A stretch of 64,000 nucleotides of DNA from Marinobacterium sp. xm-d-530 (GTDB lineage Bacteria; Pseudomonadota; Gammaproteobacteria; Pseudomonadales; Balneatricaceae). Where the stretch lies: positions 3,276 to 67,275 of the forward strand of contig CATEEE010000039.1 of NCBI GenBank assembly GCA_949499045.1, in the 5' to 3' direction. Made by a program: the position numbers and the translations under genes. The notes beneath the pieces were generated by a model. It did not search any database. It was given only the letters and a program-made list of their open reading frames with translations, and was not told the DNA's origin. Positions 9,620-19,972 of this stretch are shown in pieces (positions within the stretch are counted from its first letter, which is position 1; each line of letters begins with the position of its first letter).

Positions 9620-11143
9620 CTAACCCAAGAATAGCTGGTAGGCTGGATTGTTGGTCTCTTCAAACCAGGCGTAGCCCAATTCGTCTAAATATTTACGTAC
9701 TTCCGCACGCTCTTTTTTAGGCACTTCCATGCCGACTAAAACCCGCCCATAGGCTGCACCGTGGTTGCGGTAGTGGAACATCGAGATGTTCCAGCGCCCA
9801 CCCAGTGTATTTAGGAATTTCATCAATGCGCCTGGGCGCTCTGGAAATTCAAATCTGAAGATCGCTTCTTCACTACAAACGTCAGGCTTGTGACCGCCAA
9901 CCATATAGCGAATATGGCTTTTAGCCACCTCGTTATCGGTTAGGTCTGTCACTTCATCGAGTGCCTCGTTAAGTTCGGCCAGTAACTCTGAACGCCCATC
10001 ATTGTTTTTACGGATTTGAACACCGGCAAAAACCACCGCCGCATCGCTGTCACTGTAGCGGTAGTTGAATTCTGTAATGTTGCGATTACCCAGTGTTTTA
10101 CAGAATTGCTTAAAAGCACCTGGTCGCTCTGGAATTTTAGCTGCAATGAGTAACTCGCGTTTTTCACCGATCTCTGAGCGTTCTGCAACGTGGCGGAGAC
10201 GATCAAAGTTTACGTTGGCGCCTGAGTTAATGGCGATGAGTGTTTTGCCAGTGCACTGTTCACGTTCGACATAGCGCTTAAGGCCGGCAACCGCCAAAGC
10301 GCCTGCAGGTTCAGAGACTGCGCGGGTATCGTCAAAGATATCTTTAATCGCCGCACAGATTTCATCGACGCTGACGGTGATCACTTCATCGACATGATCT
10401 TTACAGATTTCCCAGGTGTGTTTGCCGATCTGAGCAACAGCGACACCGTCCGCAAAGATGCCAACTTGTGACAAGGTCGCACGACGCCCCTTCTCCATAG
10501 CCAGCGCAAGACAAGCAGACTCATCCGATTCGACACCAATAATCTTCGTGTCAGGGCGTAGATATTTAACGTAAGCAGCAACACCTGCAATCAAGCCGCC
10601 ACCGCCAACCGGTACAAAGATCGCGTCGATTGGATCTGTGTGCTGGCGCAACATCTCCATTGCAACGGTACCTTGTCCCGCAATGACATCAGGATCATCG
10701 TAGGGTGGGATGTAGGTTAAGCCTTTCTCTTGCTCCAGTTTGGCAGCGTGTTTGCGCGCGTCATCAAAAGCATCGCCGTGCAGAACAGCTTTACCACCAA
10801 GACGGCGTACGTTGGTGACCTTAACGTCAGGCGTGGTTTTAGGCATGACAATGGTGGCTTTTACACCGAGGTACTTGGCTGCATTGGCAACGCCTTGAGC
10901 GTGGTTCCCAGCTGATGCGGTAATCACTCCTCGTGCCTTCTCTTCATCAGTAAGCTGAGCCATACGGTTGTAGGCGCCACGAATTTTGAACGAGTAGACA
11001 GGCTGTTCATCCTCACGTTTTAGGAGGACTTTGTTACCTGTGCGCTCGGACAAACCGGGTGCATCATCCAGTGCGGTTTCGACGGCGACATCATAAACGC
11101 GCGCTTCAAGAATTTTTCGTATGTATCGCTGCATAGTGATCAA
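9620..11143 (-). CDS. ilvA: Threonine ammonia-lyase, biosynthetic
   Basis: LKREDEQPVYSFKIRGA PLP-lysine motif, ASAGNHAQG, VPVGGGGL, two C-terminal regulatory domains. Confidence 0.96.
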   Translation of the reverse strand: MITMQRYIRKILEARVYDVAVETALDDAPGLSERTGNKVLLKREDEQPVYSFKIRGAYNRMAQLTDEEKARGVITASAGNHAQGVANAAKYLGVKATIVMPKTTPDVKVTNVRRLGGKAVLHGDAFDDARKHAAKLEQEKGLTYIPPYDDPDVIAGQGTVAMEMLRQHTDPIDAIFVPVGGGGLIAGVAAYVKYLRPDTKIIGVESDESACLALAMEKGRRATLSQVGIFADGVAVAQIGKHTWEICKDHVDEVITVSVDEICAAIKDIFDDTRAVSEPAGALAVAGLKRYVEREQCTGKTLIAINSGANVNFDRLRHVAERSEIGEKRELLIAAKIPERPGAFKQFCKTLGNRNITEFNYRYSDSDAAVVFAGVQIRKNNDGRSELLAELNEALDEVTDLTDNEVAKSHIRYMVGGHKPDVCSEEAIFRFEFPERPGALMKFLNTLGGRWNISMFHYRNHGAAYGRVLVGMEVPKKERAEVRKYLDELGYAWFEETNNPAYQLFLG

Positions 11144-11258
11144 GAGCTGTTTTGCTTAAGAAATATGGATGCAAATGGTATAGACTCACTGCTATTGCGT
11201 CTAGATAGCCAGGCAAATGGCTGCTAAAACACCCCAAAAATGACTGTTTAGAGATGGA

Positions 11259-11933
11259 TTGATGACTCAAGACGAAATGAAACAGGCGGTCGCACAAGCG
11301 GCTCTGGATTATGTACTGCCAAAATTGAAAGCGGATTCAGTGATTGGAATCGGCACCGGTTCTACGGCTAACTGCTTTATTGATGCATTGGCAGCACACA
11401 AAGGGGTGTTCGAATCGGCTGTGGCTAGCTCAGAAGCGTCAGCTGAACGTCTTCGCTCTCATGGTATTGAAGTGGTTGATTTGAACTCTGTCTCAGGTAT
11501 TGAGGTCTACGTCGATGGGGCCGATGAGTTCGATCCGCACTTAAACCTTGTTAAAGGCGGTGGCGGTGCACTGACTCGCGAGAAGATTGTTGCGGCAGCC
11601 TCTAAAGAGTTCGTCTGTATTGTTGATCAGACTAAACAGGTTGATGTGTTGGGTGCATTCCCACTTCCGGTAGAGGTGATTCCAATGGCGCGTTCTTACG
11701 TGGCTCGTGAGTTGGCTAAGCTGGGTGTTCAGCCTGAATACCGCCAAGGCTTCGTTACGGATAATGGCAACATTATTTTGGATGTTCACGATATGGAGAT
11801 CCTAAACCCTAAAGGTCTAGAGCGTGAGTTGAATGATTTGGTAGGCGTTGTTACTAATGGCCTGTTTGCGCTACGTCCTGCTGATATTGTTCTGATGGCA
11901 ACACCAGAAGGTGTCGAGACGCTGACAGTCTAA
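11259..11933 (+). CDS. rpiA: Ribose-5-phosphate isomerase A
   Basis: [23 protein letters not shown] motifs; divergent from ilvA. Confidence 0.97.
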   Translation: MMTQDEMKQAVAQAALDYVLPKLKADSVIGIGTGSTANCFIDALAAHKGVFESAVASSEASAERLRSHGIEVVDLNSVSGIEVYVDGADEFDPHLNLVKGGGGALTREKIVAAASKEFVCIVDQTKQVDVLGAFPLPVEVIPMARSYVARELAKLGVQPEYRQGFVTDNGNIILDVHDMEILNPKGLERELNDLVGVVTNGLFALRPADIVLMATPEGVETLTV

Positions 11934-11952
11934 ATCGGAAAATTACAGTGAC

Positions 11953-11980
11953 AAAAAAGGAGCCGTTAGGCTCCTTTTTT
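11953..11980. terminator. Bidirectional intrinsic terminator
   Basis: AAAAAAGGAGCC-GTTA-GGCTCCTTTTTT between rpiA and a convergent small ORF. Confidence 0.85.
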
Positions 11981-11994
11981 ATTGGTTGAGTGGC

Positions 11995-12117
11995 TTACCA
12001 CTGAACAACCTGAGTTAGCGCGATGCTGACTGGCATAGTGATCCAAGCAAGAGCAACTAGGTTGATTGCGATCCAGCCCCAGCCAGATTTGTCACGGAAG
12101 TTTTCGTCGTGTGCCAT
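11995..12117 (-). CDS. 40-aa small membrane protein of unknown function
   Basis: Hand-translated MAHDENFRDKSGWGWIAINLVALAWITMPVSIALTQVVQW. GAGGG RBS upstream, terminator downstream, one hydrophobic helix. Below the ORF-track cutoff. Confidence 0.65.
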   Translation of the reverse strand: MAHDENFRDKSGWGWIAINLVALAWITMPVSIALTQVVQW

Positions 12118-12138
12118 GGTTTTAAACCCTCAAATTTG

Positions 12139-12152
12139 TTGATATAGATCAA
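12139..12152. promoter_or_regulatory. FNR/Anr-type binding site
   Basis: TTGAT-ATAG-ATCAA, a perfect match to TTGAT-N4-ATCAA. A minus-strand -10-like TAGAAT lies at 12164-12169. Confidence 0.65.
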
Positions 12153-12222
12153 AATTTGAGCGAATTCTACACATCTTTAATCAAAAAAAACACTACTCCA
12201 ATAGTGGAATTAGACGTTGTTA

Positions 12223-14700
12223 TTACCCGTTTGTTTTAAGGATGGCATAGCACTGCTCTATCTTAAGTGGAGCACGCAACAAGCTGGCTATCGCAATAAA
12301 CGCGAAAGCGGCCAACAGTGGCAGTGTGAACCACAGCTCCCAGTGAACCGACAGCGGTATCTTCAGCAAAAACTGATTCATAGCCGCTAGGGTGATCTCT
12401 GCACTGAACACCGCTAAAGACCCACACACTAGACCTAGAAGACCAAACTCCAAGAGATCCAACTGTTTCGTCTCAGTCGCTCGTGCTCCCAAAGTTTGTA
12501 GCAGTGCCACCTCAGTTTTACGCTGTTCCAGAGCCTGTAATAGTGTAATCGTGACCAGAATAAGCCCCGTCGCCAGTGTCATGATCAACACAAATGCGGA
12601 GCTTTCAGCCAATCGTTCTAGCCAGCCAGCGAGTTGTTTCATCAGTTGATCGATATCGATCAGCGTTAATGAGGGGAATTCGCGCAGCAGTTCATTTGCC
12701 TGTGATTTGCGCTCCTCGGCCAGTTTAAAGCTTGTGATCCAGGTGCCCGGATAAGATTGCAATGCTGCTGGCGAGAAAATGACATAGAAGTTGGGTTGGA
12801 AAGACTCCCATTTCACTTCGCGCACACTGGTAATAACACCACTGACGGGTTGGCCGCCCACGTCAAAACCCAACGTGTCACCCAATTTAAGTCCCAGATC
12901 CTCAAGCATGTCCCGTTCGATAGAGATTTGATGCTCGTTAGAGTCTGGATCCCACCATTCACCTTGGATGATCTGGTTATGCACCGGTGGTTGTTGGCGC
13001 CAAGTAAGGTTTAGCTCCCGACGCAGGGAGTTATCTTTTAACTGCTCTTCGTTGAGCTGAGGTCTAATCGGTGCATCGTTAAGATTCACTAATCGACCAC
13101 GGATCATCGGGTAGAGTTCGGTATCAATGTCACGTTCCGCTAAAAACTGATCGACCCCTGGTTTTTGCCACTCCTGGATGTTGATCAGGAAGTAGTTTGG
13201 TACGTCCTCTGGAAATTGGGCCTGCCACTCTTTAACAAGATCCTGACGGGCTACCCAGATAACGCTTAACAGCATCAGCAATAAGACCATGACACCCGCT
13301 TGTAGTCGGTGCCATTTACGTTGCTGCCGTAAGCGCATGATTAGAAGGCGTCCAAGTGCAATTCGATTCGCTAAGAAACGCCCCAGACTGTGCAGAATTA
13401 TTTGCGCTAACCACCCGAACAGTAAGCCGCTGATACCCAACATAGCGAGTAGCACCGCTGCTGCAGCAGGCGCCGCTAAAAATAGCAGTAATACAGCGCT
13501 TAGTAGTACCAAACTGATGAGGTAGAGTCCCCAGCTCGCCTTTTGGCTTGTGTTTGTCTGTTCGCTTCGTAGTAGTTGCGCAACGGGAACTTTGGCCTGT
13601 TCCAGTGCGGGTGGCATGCCGAGTAGAAGTAGCATTGCATAGCCTAAAGCAGGACCTATTAAGTAACTGCTCCACTGCGCATTAGGCAGTGCTTGAGGGA
13701 GCAGCCCAGATAACCAAATGTTGGCAAGGCTAGCCAGAATAGCACCGGCTGCACCGCCAATCACCGCGATTACCGTTGCTGCTATGCCGAGCTGCCAAAA
13801 ATAGAGTTTAACTAAGGCACTTGGGGTTAGGCCCATGCTCAAGAAGAGTGCACTCCGACTCTGCTGGGCATGACCGAAACGTCTCAGCGCCAGCAGAATG
13901 GTCAGTGACGCGAGCAATAGGGTTGTCAGTGAGCTCAGGCGAACATAGGAGAGGCCGTTGGCGAGAGCGTTACCGGTGACCGGTTGATCATTAATCAGTG
14001 ACAATATCCGCTCGTGGTTCTCTAACGTCGGCTTTAAACGTGTTTCAAAGGTTTTGAGTGCAGCATTTTCACCACTGATCAGTAGACGGAACTCGGCTCT
14101 AGATCCCGGTCCAAGCACAGCGCTCTTCTCTAGGTCTTGCTGATTGACCAGAAAGTGAGGGTTGAGCGTGTTGAACCCGCTGCCTCGATCGGGAGACTGT
14201 TTTAAGGTGGCCGCTAGCACGAGATCGGCATAACCAAACTGCAGAGTATCGCCAATATTGAGCCCTAACTGGTCAATAATGCGCGCTTCAGCCCATGCGG
14301 TTCCGGGTGCCGGCACGGCAGCTTGCATAGGCGGGTCGGTAATCACTTCGCCTCTGAGCGGGTAGGGATCTGAGATCACCTTTGCTGAACTGAGGATTAG
14401 GTTATCGCCAGCACCAACCATGGTCGGAAACTGAATAACCTGAGTGGTGGTTAGCCCCAACTCTTCGGCCATTTCTGTGCGTTGTTCGTCAATAGGACGA
14501 CTGGATCGAACGACCAGATCAGCCCCTAGTACAGAGGCGCTCTCTCTCAGTAGACCACTCTCTAGACGATCACTGACTATCGATAGAAAGCTGGTCAGTG
14601 TGACGGCTAACAATGCAGCAAGAATTAAGCCCCGCCACTCGATGGTGCGCAGTTGCACCCATAGCTGACGCCGTGCGATGCGGGGAATGGCAGAACTCAT
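12223..14700 (-). CDS. ybbP: ABC transporter permease, YbbP-like (FtsX family)
   Basis: 825 aa with duplicated FtsX-type TM blocks, LGADLVV, PNYFLINIQ, WESFQPNFYVIF; follows the ybbA ATPase. Confidence 0.85.
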   Translation of the reverse strand: MSSAIPRIARRQLWVQLRTIEWRGLILAALLAVTLTSFLSIVSDRLESGLLRESASVLGADLVVRSSRPIDEQRTEMAEELGLTTTQVIQFPTMVGAGDNLILSSAKVISDPYPLRGEVITDPPMQAAVPAPGTAWAEARIIDQLGLNIGDTLQFGYADLVLAATLKQSPDRGSGFNTLNPHFLVNQQDLEKSAVLGPGSRAEFRLLISGENAALKTFETRLKPTLENHERILSLINDQPVTGNALANGLSYVRLSSLTTLLLASLTILLALRRFGHAQQSRSALFLSMGLTPSALVKLYFWQLGIAATVIAVIGGAAGAILASLANIWLSGLLPQALPNAQWSSYLIGPALGYAMLLLLGMPPALEQAKVPVAQLLRSEQTNTSQKASWGLYLISLVLLSAVLLLFLAAPAAAAVLLAMLGISGLLFGWLAQIILHSLGRFLANRIALGRLLIMRLRQQRKWHRLQAGVMVLLLMLLSVIWVARQDLVKEWQAQFPEDVPNYFLINIQEWQKPGVDQFLAERDIDTELYPMIRGRLVNLNDAPIRPQLNEEQLKDNSLRRELNLTWRQQPPVHNQIIQGEWWDPDSNEHQISIERDMLEDLGLKLGDTLGFDVGGQPVSGVITSVREVKWESFQPNFYVIFSPAALQSYPGTWITSFKLAEERKSQANELLREFPSLTLIDIDQLMKQLAGWLERLAESSAFVLIMTLATGLILVTITLLQALEQRKTEVALLQTLGARATETKQLDLLEFGLLGLVCGSLAVFSAEITLAAMNQFLLKIPLSVHWELWFTLPLLAAFAFIAIASLLRAPLKIEQCYAILKTNG

Positions 14701-15380
14701 GACAGCTCCTCGATAGCCCCATTACTTAATTGAATCCGGCGCTGACAGCGTTTTGCCAGCTCAAGGTCGTGTGTAATGAGTATTAGAGTCGTGCCCTGTT
14801 GTTCGTTTAACGAGAAGAGTTGTTCAACGATCTGTTGGCCAGTCGCTTCGTCGAGGTTGCCAGTAGGCTCATCGGCAAATAGCAGAGCGGGGTTGCCTGC
14901 AAAGGCGCGAGCAATCGCGACGCGCTGTTGCTCGCCACCAGACAGTTGTGACGGGTAGTGATCCGTTCGATCGCCAAGTCCCACATTGTGAAGCCATTCT
15001 GATGCGGTTGACTCCGCGTTAGCTTGTTGACGGATTTCAAGCGGTAGCGCAACGTTATCCTGCGCTGTTAACTCTGGAAGTAGGTGGAAGGATTGGAAGA
15101 TAAAGGCAATTTTATCCGCTCTAAGTTTGGCGCGTTCGGCATCCGAGAGTGACTCTAGAGGCTTTCCTTCAAACTCGACGGTACCGGAAGTAGCTGTGTC
15201 CAAACCCGCAAGCAGACTGAGTAGCGTTGATTTGCCTGCACCGGACTTACCAATAATCGCGATCGTCTCACCGGCATTGATGGTTAAGTTGAGATTGACG
15301 AAGAGATCCAGTGTTCCGCTTCCGGTCTTAAACTGTTTTCCCAGTTGTTTTGCTTCTAGTAGAACGGAACGGCTAGTCAT
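14697..15380 (-). CDS. ybbA: ABC transporter ATP-binding protein YbbA-like
   Basis: [33 protein letters not shown]; divergent from tesA. Confidence 0.9.
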   Translation of the reverse strand: MTSRSVLLEAKQLGKQFKTGSGTLDLFVNLNLTINAGETIAIIGKSGAGKSTLLSLLAGLDTATSGTVEFEGKPLESLSDAERAKLRADKIAFIFQSFHLLPELTAQDNVALPLEIRQQANAESTASEWLHNVGLGDRTDHYPSQLSGGEQQRVAIARAFAGNPALLFADEPTGNLDEATGQQIVEQLFSLNEQQGTTLILITHDLELAKRCQRRIQLSNGAIEELS

Positions 15381-15474
15381 GATGTCCTCTTAATGATCCA
15401 ATACTCTTCTAATACCCTTACGAATATTATTAATTTTGGGTTTGTTCAGTCACTTTTAAAGGTACGAGGTTGTT

Positions 15475-16083
15475 TTGCTTAAGAATTTCATGCTGCGGTT
15501 ATTCATCGCCTCTTTTTTTGCAATGCCAGTCAAGGCGGCGGACATCATGGTGCTAGGCGATAGCCTTTCGGCGGGTTATGGGCTCACTCCGGGTGAAGGT
15601 TGGGTTGAACTGATGGAGCCGCGAATAGAAGGCTCTGGTTTAACCTTACTAAATGCCAGTGTCAGTGGTGAGACGACAGCAGGGGGGCTGGCGCGACTTC
15701 CTGATCTGTTAGAGTTGCACGAACCTAAATGGGTTCTGCTTGAGTTAGGCGCCAATGATGGATTGCGCGGCACCCCTTTAAATATCATTAAGACCAATCT
15801 TGAAGCCATGGGCAGTAAGATTAGTGAGTCCGGTGCACAGCTTGTAGTCATTGGTATCCAGCTTCCACCCAACTATGGGCCTAGATACACGCGGGCTTTT
15901 TTTAATCTTTTTCCAGAGTTATCTGAAAAGTTTGATGCGCCCCTAGTGCCTTTCCTGTTGGAGGGAGTGGCAACGGATTGGGATCTGATGCAATCAGATG
16001 GCTTGCACCCAAAAGCCGTGGCTCAGCCGATCATTCTTGAGACAGTGATGAAGGTGGTGGGGCCTGAAATAGGCGTGCAGTAG
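15475..16083 (+). CDS. tesA: Arylesterase / acyl-CoA thioesterase I (GDSL family)
   Basis: LGDSLSAGYG, NASVSGETT, ELGANDG, DGLHP motifs. Confidence 0.93.
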   Translation: MLKNFMLRLFIASFFAMPVKAADIMVLGDSLSAGYGLTPGEGWVELMEPRIEGSGLTLLNASVSGETTAGGLARLPDLLELHEPKWVLLELGANDGLRGTPLNIIKTNLEAMGSKISESGAQLVVIGIQLPPNYGPRYTRAFFNLFPELSEKFDAPLVPFLLEGVATDWDLMQSDGLHPKAVAQPIILETVMKVVGPEIGVQ

Positions 16084-16088
16084 ACAAT

Positions 16089-16115
16089 AAAAAAGAGAGC
16101 CGAAGCTCTCTTTTT
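16089..16115. terminator. Bidirectional terminator tesA/sodB
   Basis: AAAAAAGAGAGC-CGAA-GCTCTCTTTTT. Confidence 0.85.
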
Positions 16116-16131
16116 AATAATTGGCTATCGA

Positions 16132-16716
16132 TTAAGCCGCTAGGTTTGCGTTAGCAAAGTCCCAGTTCACAAGTGACCAGTAACCGTTTAAGTAGTCTGG
16201 ACGTACGTTGCGGTAATCGATGTAGTAAGCGTGTTCCCAAAGGTCTACAGTCAGGATAGCTGTCTGACCGTTAGTCATTGGTGTACCAGCGTTGCTAGTG
16301 TTAACAATCTCTAGTGAGCCGTCAGCGTTTTTAACCAACCAAGTCCATGAAGAACCGAAGTTATTAACCGCTTTATCGTTAAGCTCTTCTTTGAACTTCT
16401 CGAAAGAACCCCACTGAGCGTTGATCGCGTCAGCAATTGCGCCTGTTGGCTCACCACCACCGTTTGGAGATAGGCAGTTCCAGTAGAAAGTGTGGTTCCA
16501 AACCTGTGCTGCGTTGTTGAATACGCCGCCAGCGGGTGCAGTTTTGATGATCTCTTCTAGAGATTTGCCTTCAAACTCAGTACCAGGTACTAGGCCGTTT
16601 AGCTTAACCACGTAAGTGTTGTGGTGTTTGCCGTGGTGGAATTCTAGAGTTTCAGCAGAGATGTGTGGTTCTAGTGCATCTTTTGCGTATGGCAGTGCTG
16701 GAAGTTCAAAGCTCAT
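16132..16716 (-). CDS. sodB: Fe superoxide dismutase
   Basis: MSFELPALPY, HHGKHH, FNNAAQVWNHTFYW (Fe-type AAQ), DLWEHAYYIDY. Confidence 0.96.
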   Translation of the reverse strand: MSFELPALPYAKDALEPHISAETLEFHHGKHHNTYVVKLNGLVPGTEFEGKSLEEIIKTAPAGGVFNNAAQVWNHTFYWNCLSPNGGGEPTGAIADAINAQWGSFEKFKEELNDKAVNNFGSSWTWLVKNADGSLEIVNTSNAGTPMTNGQTAILTVDLWEHAYYIDYRNVRPDYLNGYWSLVNWDFANANLAA

Positions 16717-16930
16717 TATATGCTCCAATTGTTTCAGTTAGTCAGGGCATAAAAACCCTGGCGATTAGTTAGTGGGAGCGATCATATCACCTTTCGCCAG
16801 ACTATTAATGGCACAAAAAGTAATGTCTTTAGATCACTCGGTTGTTTCGTATCTGCAACTAAAGATAGCTGAAATAATGTTCACCTCTGATTACAATGCG
16901 GCCATCTTGATCATTTACAAGGCTTTAAGC

Positions 16931-17215
16931 ATGTCAAAGGTTCTTCTGTGGATCGCCGTCGTTATGGGCGCCATTTACATTGTTCGAGTTAACTACTTCG
17001 GATCCAAAACCTACGAACCGTTCATGAACGGCTGTCTTGTGTCAGGCGCTTCAGAAGCGCGTTGTAGCTGTTTAACCGATTACGTCCACGAGCGCTTTGA
17101 CGACCTAGAAGTGGGCCGAATTCTTCGCAGTGATCGATCTGACGCCGCATTCTCCGAACGCGTGGATCGCGTCATTGCAGCAGGTACGTTGGCCTGCAAG
17201 TCGGTGGATCAGTAG
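16931..17215 (+). CDS. Hypothetical membrane-anchored protein with four cysteines
   Basis: MSKVLLWIAVVMGAIYIV hydrophobic anchor, then C-x9-C-x-C and a C-terminal Cys. The ORF-track extension to 16772 looks non-coding. Confidence 0.6.
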   Translation: MSKVLLWIAVVMGAIYIVRVNYFGSKTYEPFMNGCLVSGASEARCSCLTDYVHERFDDLEVGRILRSDRSDAAFSERVDRVIAAGTLACKSVDQ

Positions 17216-17761
17216 CTACTGCTCGGCAAGCCATTGTTTGACTAGAAACAGTGCTGCAATGGCTCGCCCTTCATGAAAATCACTCTGCATTGCCAGTGTC
17301 TCGATATCCGCCAGAGGGTATTTAACGACCTCTAGAGGCTCTGGCTCATCACCCTCTAAACGACTTTCATAAAGATCTTGAGCAACTACCAGCGTCAAGG
17401 AATTACCCATGTAGTTGGGAACCGCGCTCATATTTCGAATAACGTGAAGTTCATGAGCGCCAAAACCGGCCTCTTCCTGAAGTTCGCGATTGGCCGCTTG
17501 TAGAGCATCCTCGCCGGGATCGATAACCCCTTTGGGTAGGGTTAATACATAATCATTAAAGCCGGTTGCATACTCTCGAATCAGAACAATGTTCTGCTGG
17601 GCATCTAGGGCAAACACCATAACAGCCCCTCGGCCTGATGATGCAAGCCGCTCAAATCGACGCTCTTCACCGTTACTGAATCGAAGGTCGACCTGTTCGA
17701 CATGAAACAGGGCACTCTTCTCTGGCTTGGTGACCTTCAAAATTTCCGGTTTGATCGGCAT
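17216..17761 (-). CDS. nudE: ADP compounds hydrolase NudE
   Basis: Nudix box G.IDPGEDALQAANRELQEEAGFG and VEQVDLRFSNG..R.FERL; divergent from yrfG. Confidence 0.92.
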   Translation of the reverse strand: MPIKPEILKVTKPEKSALFHVEQVDLRFSNGEERRFERLASSGRGAVMVFALDAQQNIVLIREYATGFNDYVLTLPKGVIDPGEDALQAANRELQEEAGFGAHELHVIRNMSAVPNYMGNSLTLVVAQDLYESRLEGDEPEPLEVVKYPLADIETLAMQSDFHEGRAIAALFLVKQWLAEQ

Positions 17762-17801
17762 ACTGGTATCCAAATAACGTTTATTAGAGTGTTCCCTGAT
17801 T

Positions 17802-18464
17802 ATGCTTCAATGGCAAGAGATAGACACCGTCTTCCTAGACATGGACGGCACCCTGTTGGATCTGCACTTCGATTCACACTTCTGGCTTGAATTTCTACCC
17901 ACACGTTACGCAGAAATTCACAACATCGATGTAGATCAAGCTAAGAAATACATCTTGTCCAATATCATGGAAGAGCAGGGAACCTTGAATTGGTATTGCT
18001 TTGATTATTGGACCGAGCGTTTCCAGTTGCCAATTGCTGAATTGAAACATGAGGTCGCCGATAAGATCGGTTATCGACACTCCGTGCCTGAGTTTTTAGC
18101 TTGGCTTAAGGAGAGTGGCCGACGTGTGTTGATTGTCACCAATTCGCACCGAGCAGGGGTTGATTTAAAGTTCTCTCGCACTAACCTAGCAAACGAGGTC
18201 GAAGGTGTTATTAGCTCGCACGATTATGGCTATCCCAAAGAGGCTCAGGCCTTCTGGGAGACTCTGATGAAGCATGAGCCCTTTGACCCTGAGCGAACGC
18301 TGATGGTGGATGATAGTCTTCCCGTTCTGCAATCGGCACATGATTTTGGCATCAAACACCTATTAACGATCGATCAGCCTGATCTGAAGATGCCCCCACG
18401 TGATATGAGTGATTGTGATTTTATGTCGATCAACGATTTTAATGAGGTAATGGTAAACGAATGA
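17802..18464 (+). CDS. yrfG: GMP/IMP nucleotidase YrfG (HAD family)
   Basis: FLDMDGTLLDLHFD, VTNSH, DDSLPVL motifs; gene context. Confidence 0.92.
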   Translation: MLQWQEIDTVFLDMDGTLLDLHFDSHFWLEFLPTRYAEIHNIDVDQAKKYILSNIMEEQGTLNWYCFDYWTERFQLPIAELKHEVADKIGYRHSVPEFLAWLKESGRRVLIVTNSHRAGVDLKFSRTNLANEVEGVISSHDYGYPKEAQAFWETLMKHEPFDPERTLMVDDSLPVLQSAHDFGIKHLLTIDQPDLKMPPRDMSDCDFMSINDFNEVMVNE

Positions 18465-18841
18465 GTAGTGGAATCCGTCTAGATAAGTGGCTTTGGGCTG
18501 CTCGGTTTTACAAGACTCGAGGCATTGCCAAAGAGATGATTGAAGGCGGTAAGGTGCACTATAACGGCCAACGAGCTAAGTGCAGTAAAGCGGTTGAGAT
18601 TGGTGCCAAGCTAAAAATTCGTCAGGGTTATGATGAAAAAGAGATCGAGATTATTGCGCTCTCTGATCAACGTCGTGGCGCGCCAGAGGCTCAAAAGCTC
18701 TACGTTGAGACTCAGGCCAGTATTAACAAGCGCGAAGAGAACGCTGCGATGCGCAAACAGTTGGGTTCCGGCCCAGATGCAAGGCCCGATAAAAAGAGCC
18801 GTCGTGAACTGTTACGGGTTAAAGGTTATTTACGGGATTGA
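18461..18841 (+). CDS. hslR: Ribosome-associated heat shock protein Hsp15
   Basis: RLDKWLWAARFYKTR S4 domain, C-terminal RPDKKSRR. Confidence 0.95.
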   Translation: MSSGIRLDKWLWAARFYKTRGIAKEMIEGGKVHYNGQRAKCSKAVEIGAKLKIRQGYDEKEIEIIALSDQRRGAPEAQKLYVETQASINKREENAAMRKQLGSGPDARPDKKSRRELLRVKGYLRD

Positions 18842-18908
18842 TAGCTGAAACCTGCAACAATTCAGCGTAAAATCTCGCTCCAGTTTTTAATTTAAAATAG
18901 GTTTTCTG

Positions 18909-19787
18909 ATGAGCACACCTGATCAAATACAACGCGTCCTTTTTGATAATGCCGATGTGCGAGGCGTTGTTGTCGGTCTTGAAGAGAGTTTCCAACAAGC
19001 GATCGCTTATGGTGACTACCCAGACGAGATTCGTCACCTATTGGGTGAGATGTTGGCCGCGGTTGTGCTTTTAAGTTCAAATTTGAAAATCGAAGGGCGT
19101 TTGTCACTTCAAGCTCAGGGTGACAGTGGACTGCGCTTGTTGCTTGCTGAGTGTAACAACAAAGGCCAAGTACGTGCGATTGCCCGCTTTGATGAAGCGA
19201 CGCTAAAACACGGTGAACGTTTTGACCACTCGTTTGTTAACGGTCGCATGGCGCTGACTATGGAACCTGAACAGGGCCAGCGTTATCAAGGTATTGTTCC
19301 ACTTGAAGGTGCGACAGTTGCCGAGTGTATCGAAGGGTATTTCCGTCAATCGGAGCAGCTACCCACCCAACTTATTCTGACCAGCAACGGTCAACGAGCA
19401 GCCGGCATGATGCTGCAAGTATTACCGGCTGCCGGGAACGGTGATGAGGATTGGAACCACATCTCTACCTTGGCTCAAACATTGCAAAATGATGAGCTGC
19501 TTGAATTGGATAACGAGACCTTACTGTATCGTCTATTCCACCAAGAGAGCGCTCGTATCACAGACCCAGAAACGTTGACCTTCTCTTGCGACTGTTCACG
19601 TCAACGCAGTGCGGCAGCCTTGCAAACAATGACCGAAGTAGAGCTGCTAAGCCTTGCTGAAGAACACAACGGCGTCGTATCAACGACCTGTCATTTCTGT
19701 AATCGCGTCTATGATTTTGATGCGCAAGACATCAAAGCGCTGTTCCACAATGATGGGGCATTGAATGAGAGTGATTCATTACACTAA
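18909..19787 (+). CDS. hslO: Redox-regulated chaperone Hsp33
   Basis: YFRQSEQLPT and the CDCSR...CHFC zinc centre. Confidence 0.95.
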   Translation: MSTPDQIQRVLFDNADVRGVVVGLEESFQQAIAYGDYPDEIRHLLGEMLAAVVLLSSNLKIEGRLSLQAQGDSGLRLLLAECNNKGQVRAIARFDEATLKHGERFDHSFVNGRMALTMEPEQGQRYQGIVPLEGATVAECIEGYFRQSEQLPTQLILTSNGQRAAGMMLQVLPAAGNGDEDWNHISTLAQTLQNDELLELDNETLLYRLFHQESARITDPETLTFSCDCSRQRSAAALQTMTEVELLSLAEEHNGVVSTTCHFCNRVYDFDAQDIKALFHNDGALNESDSLH

Positions 19788-19972
19788 AGGTTATCGATCT
19801 GGGGGTTTGTAAGAGCCCCTGGCTATGAGATAATTGCCCACCTACAAAAAGAGTTGGCCACGACCTTTCAAACCAACCGCCAAAAAAAATTATTTAAATT
19901 ATTTTTCCGCGTTCCGCCCTCCACAGGGACGGTAACTTTTAGGTACAAATGGGTTAAAACCCAAGGGATCAG

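Noticed and set aside
19885-19908. AT-rich near-palindrome upstream of pckA
   Set aside because: Low complexity; matches no regulator consensus I can name.
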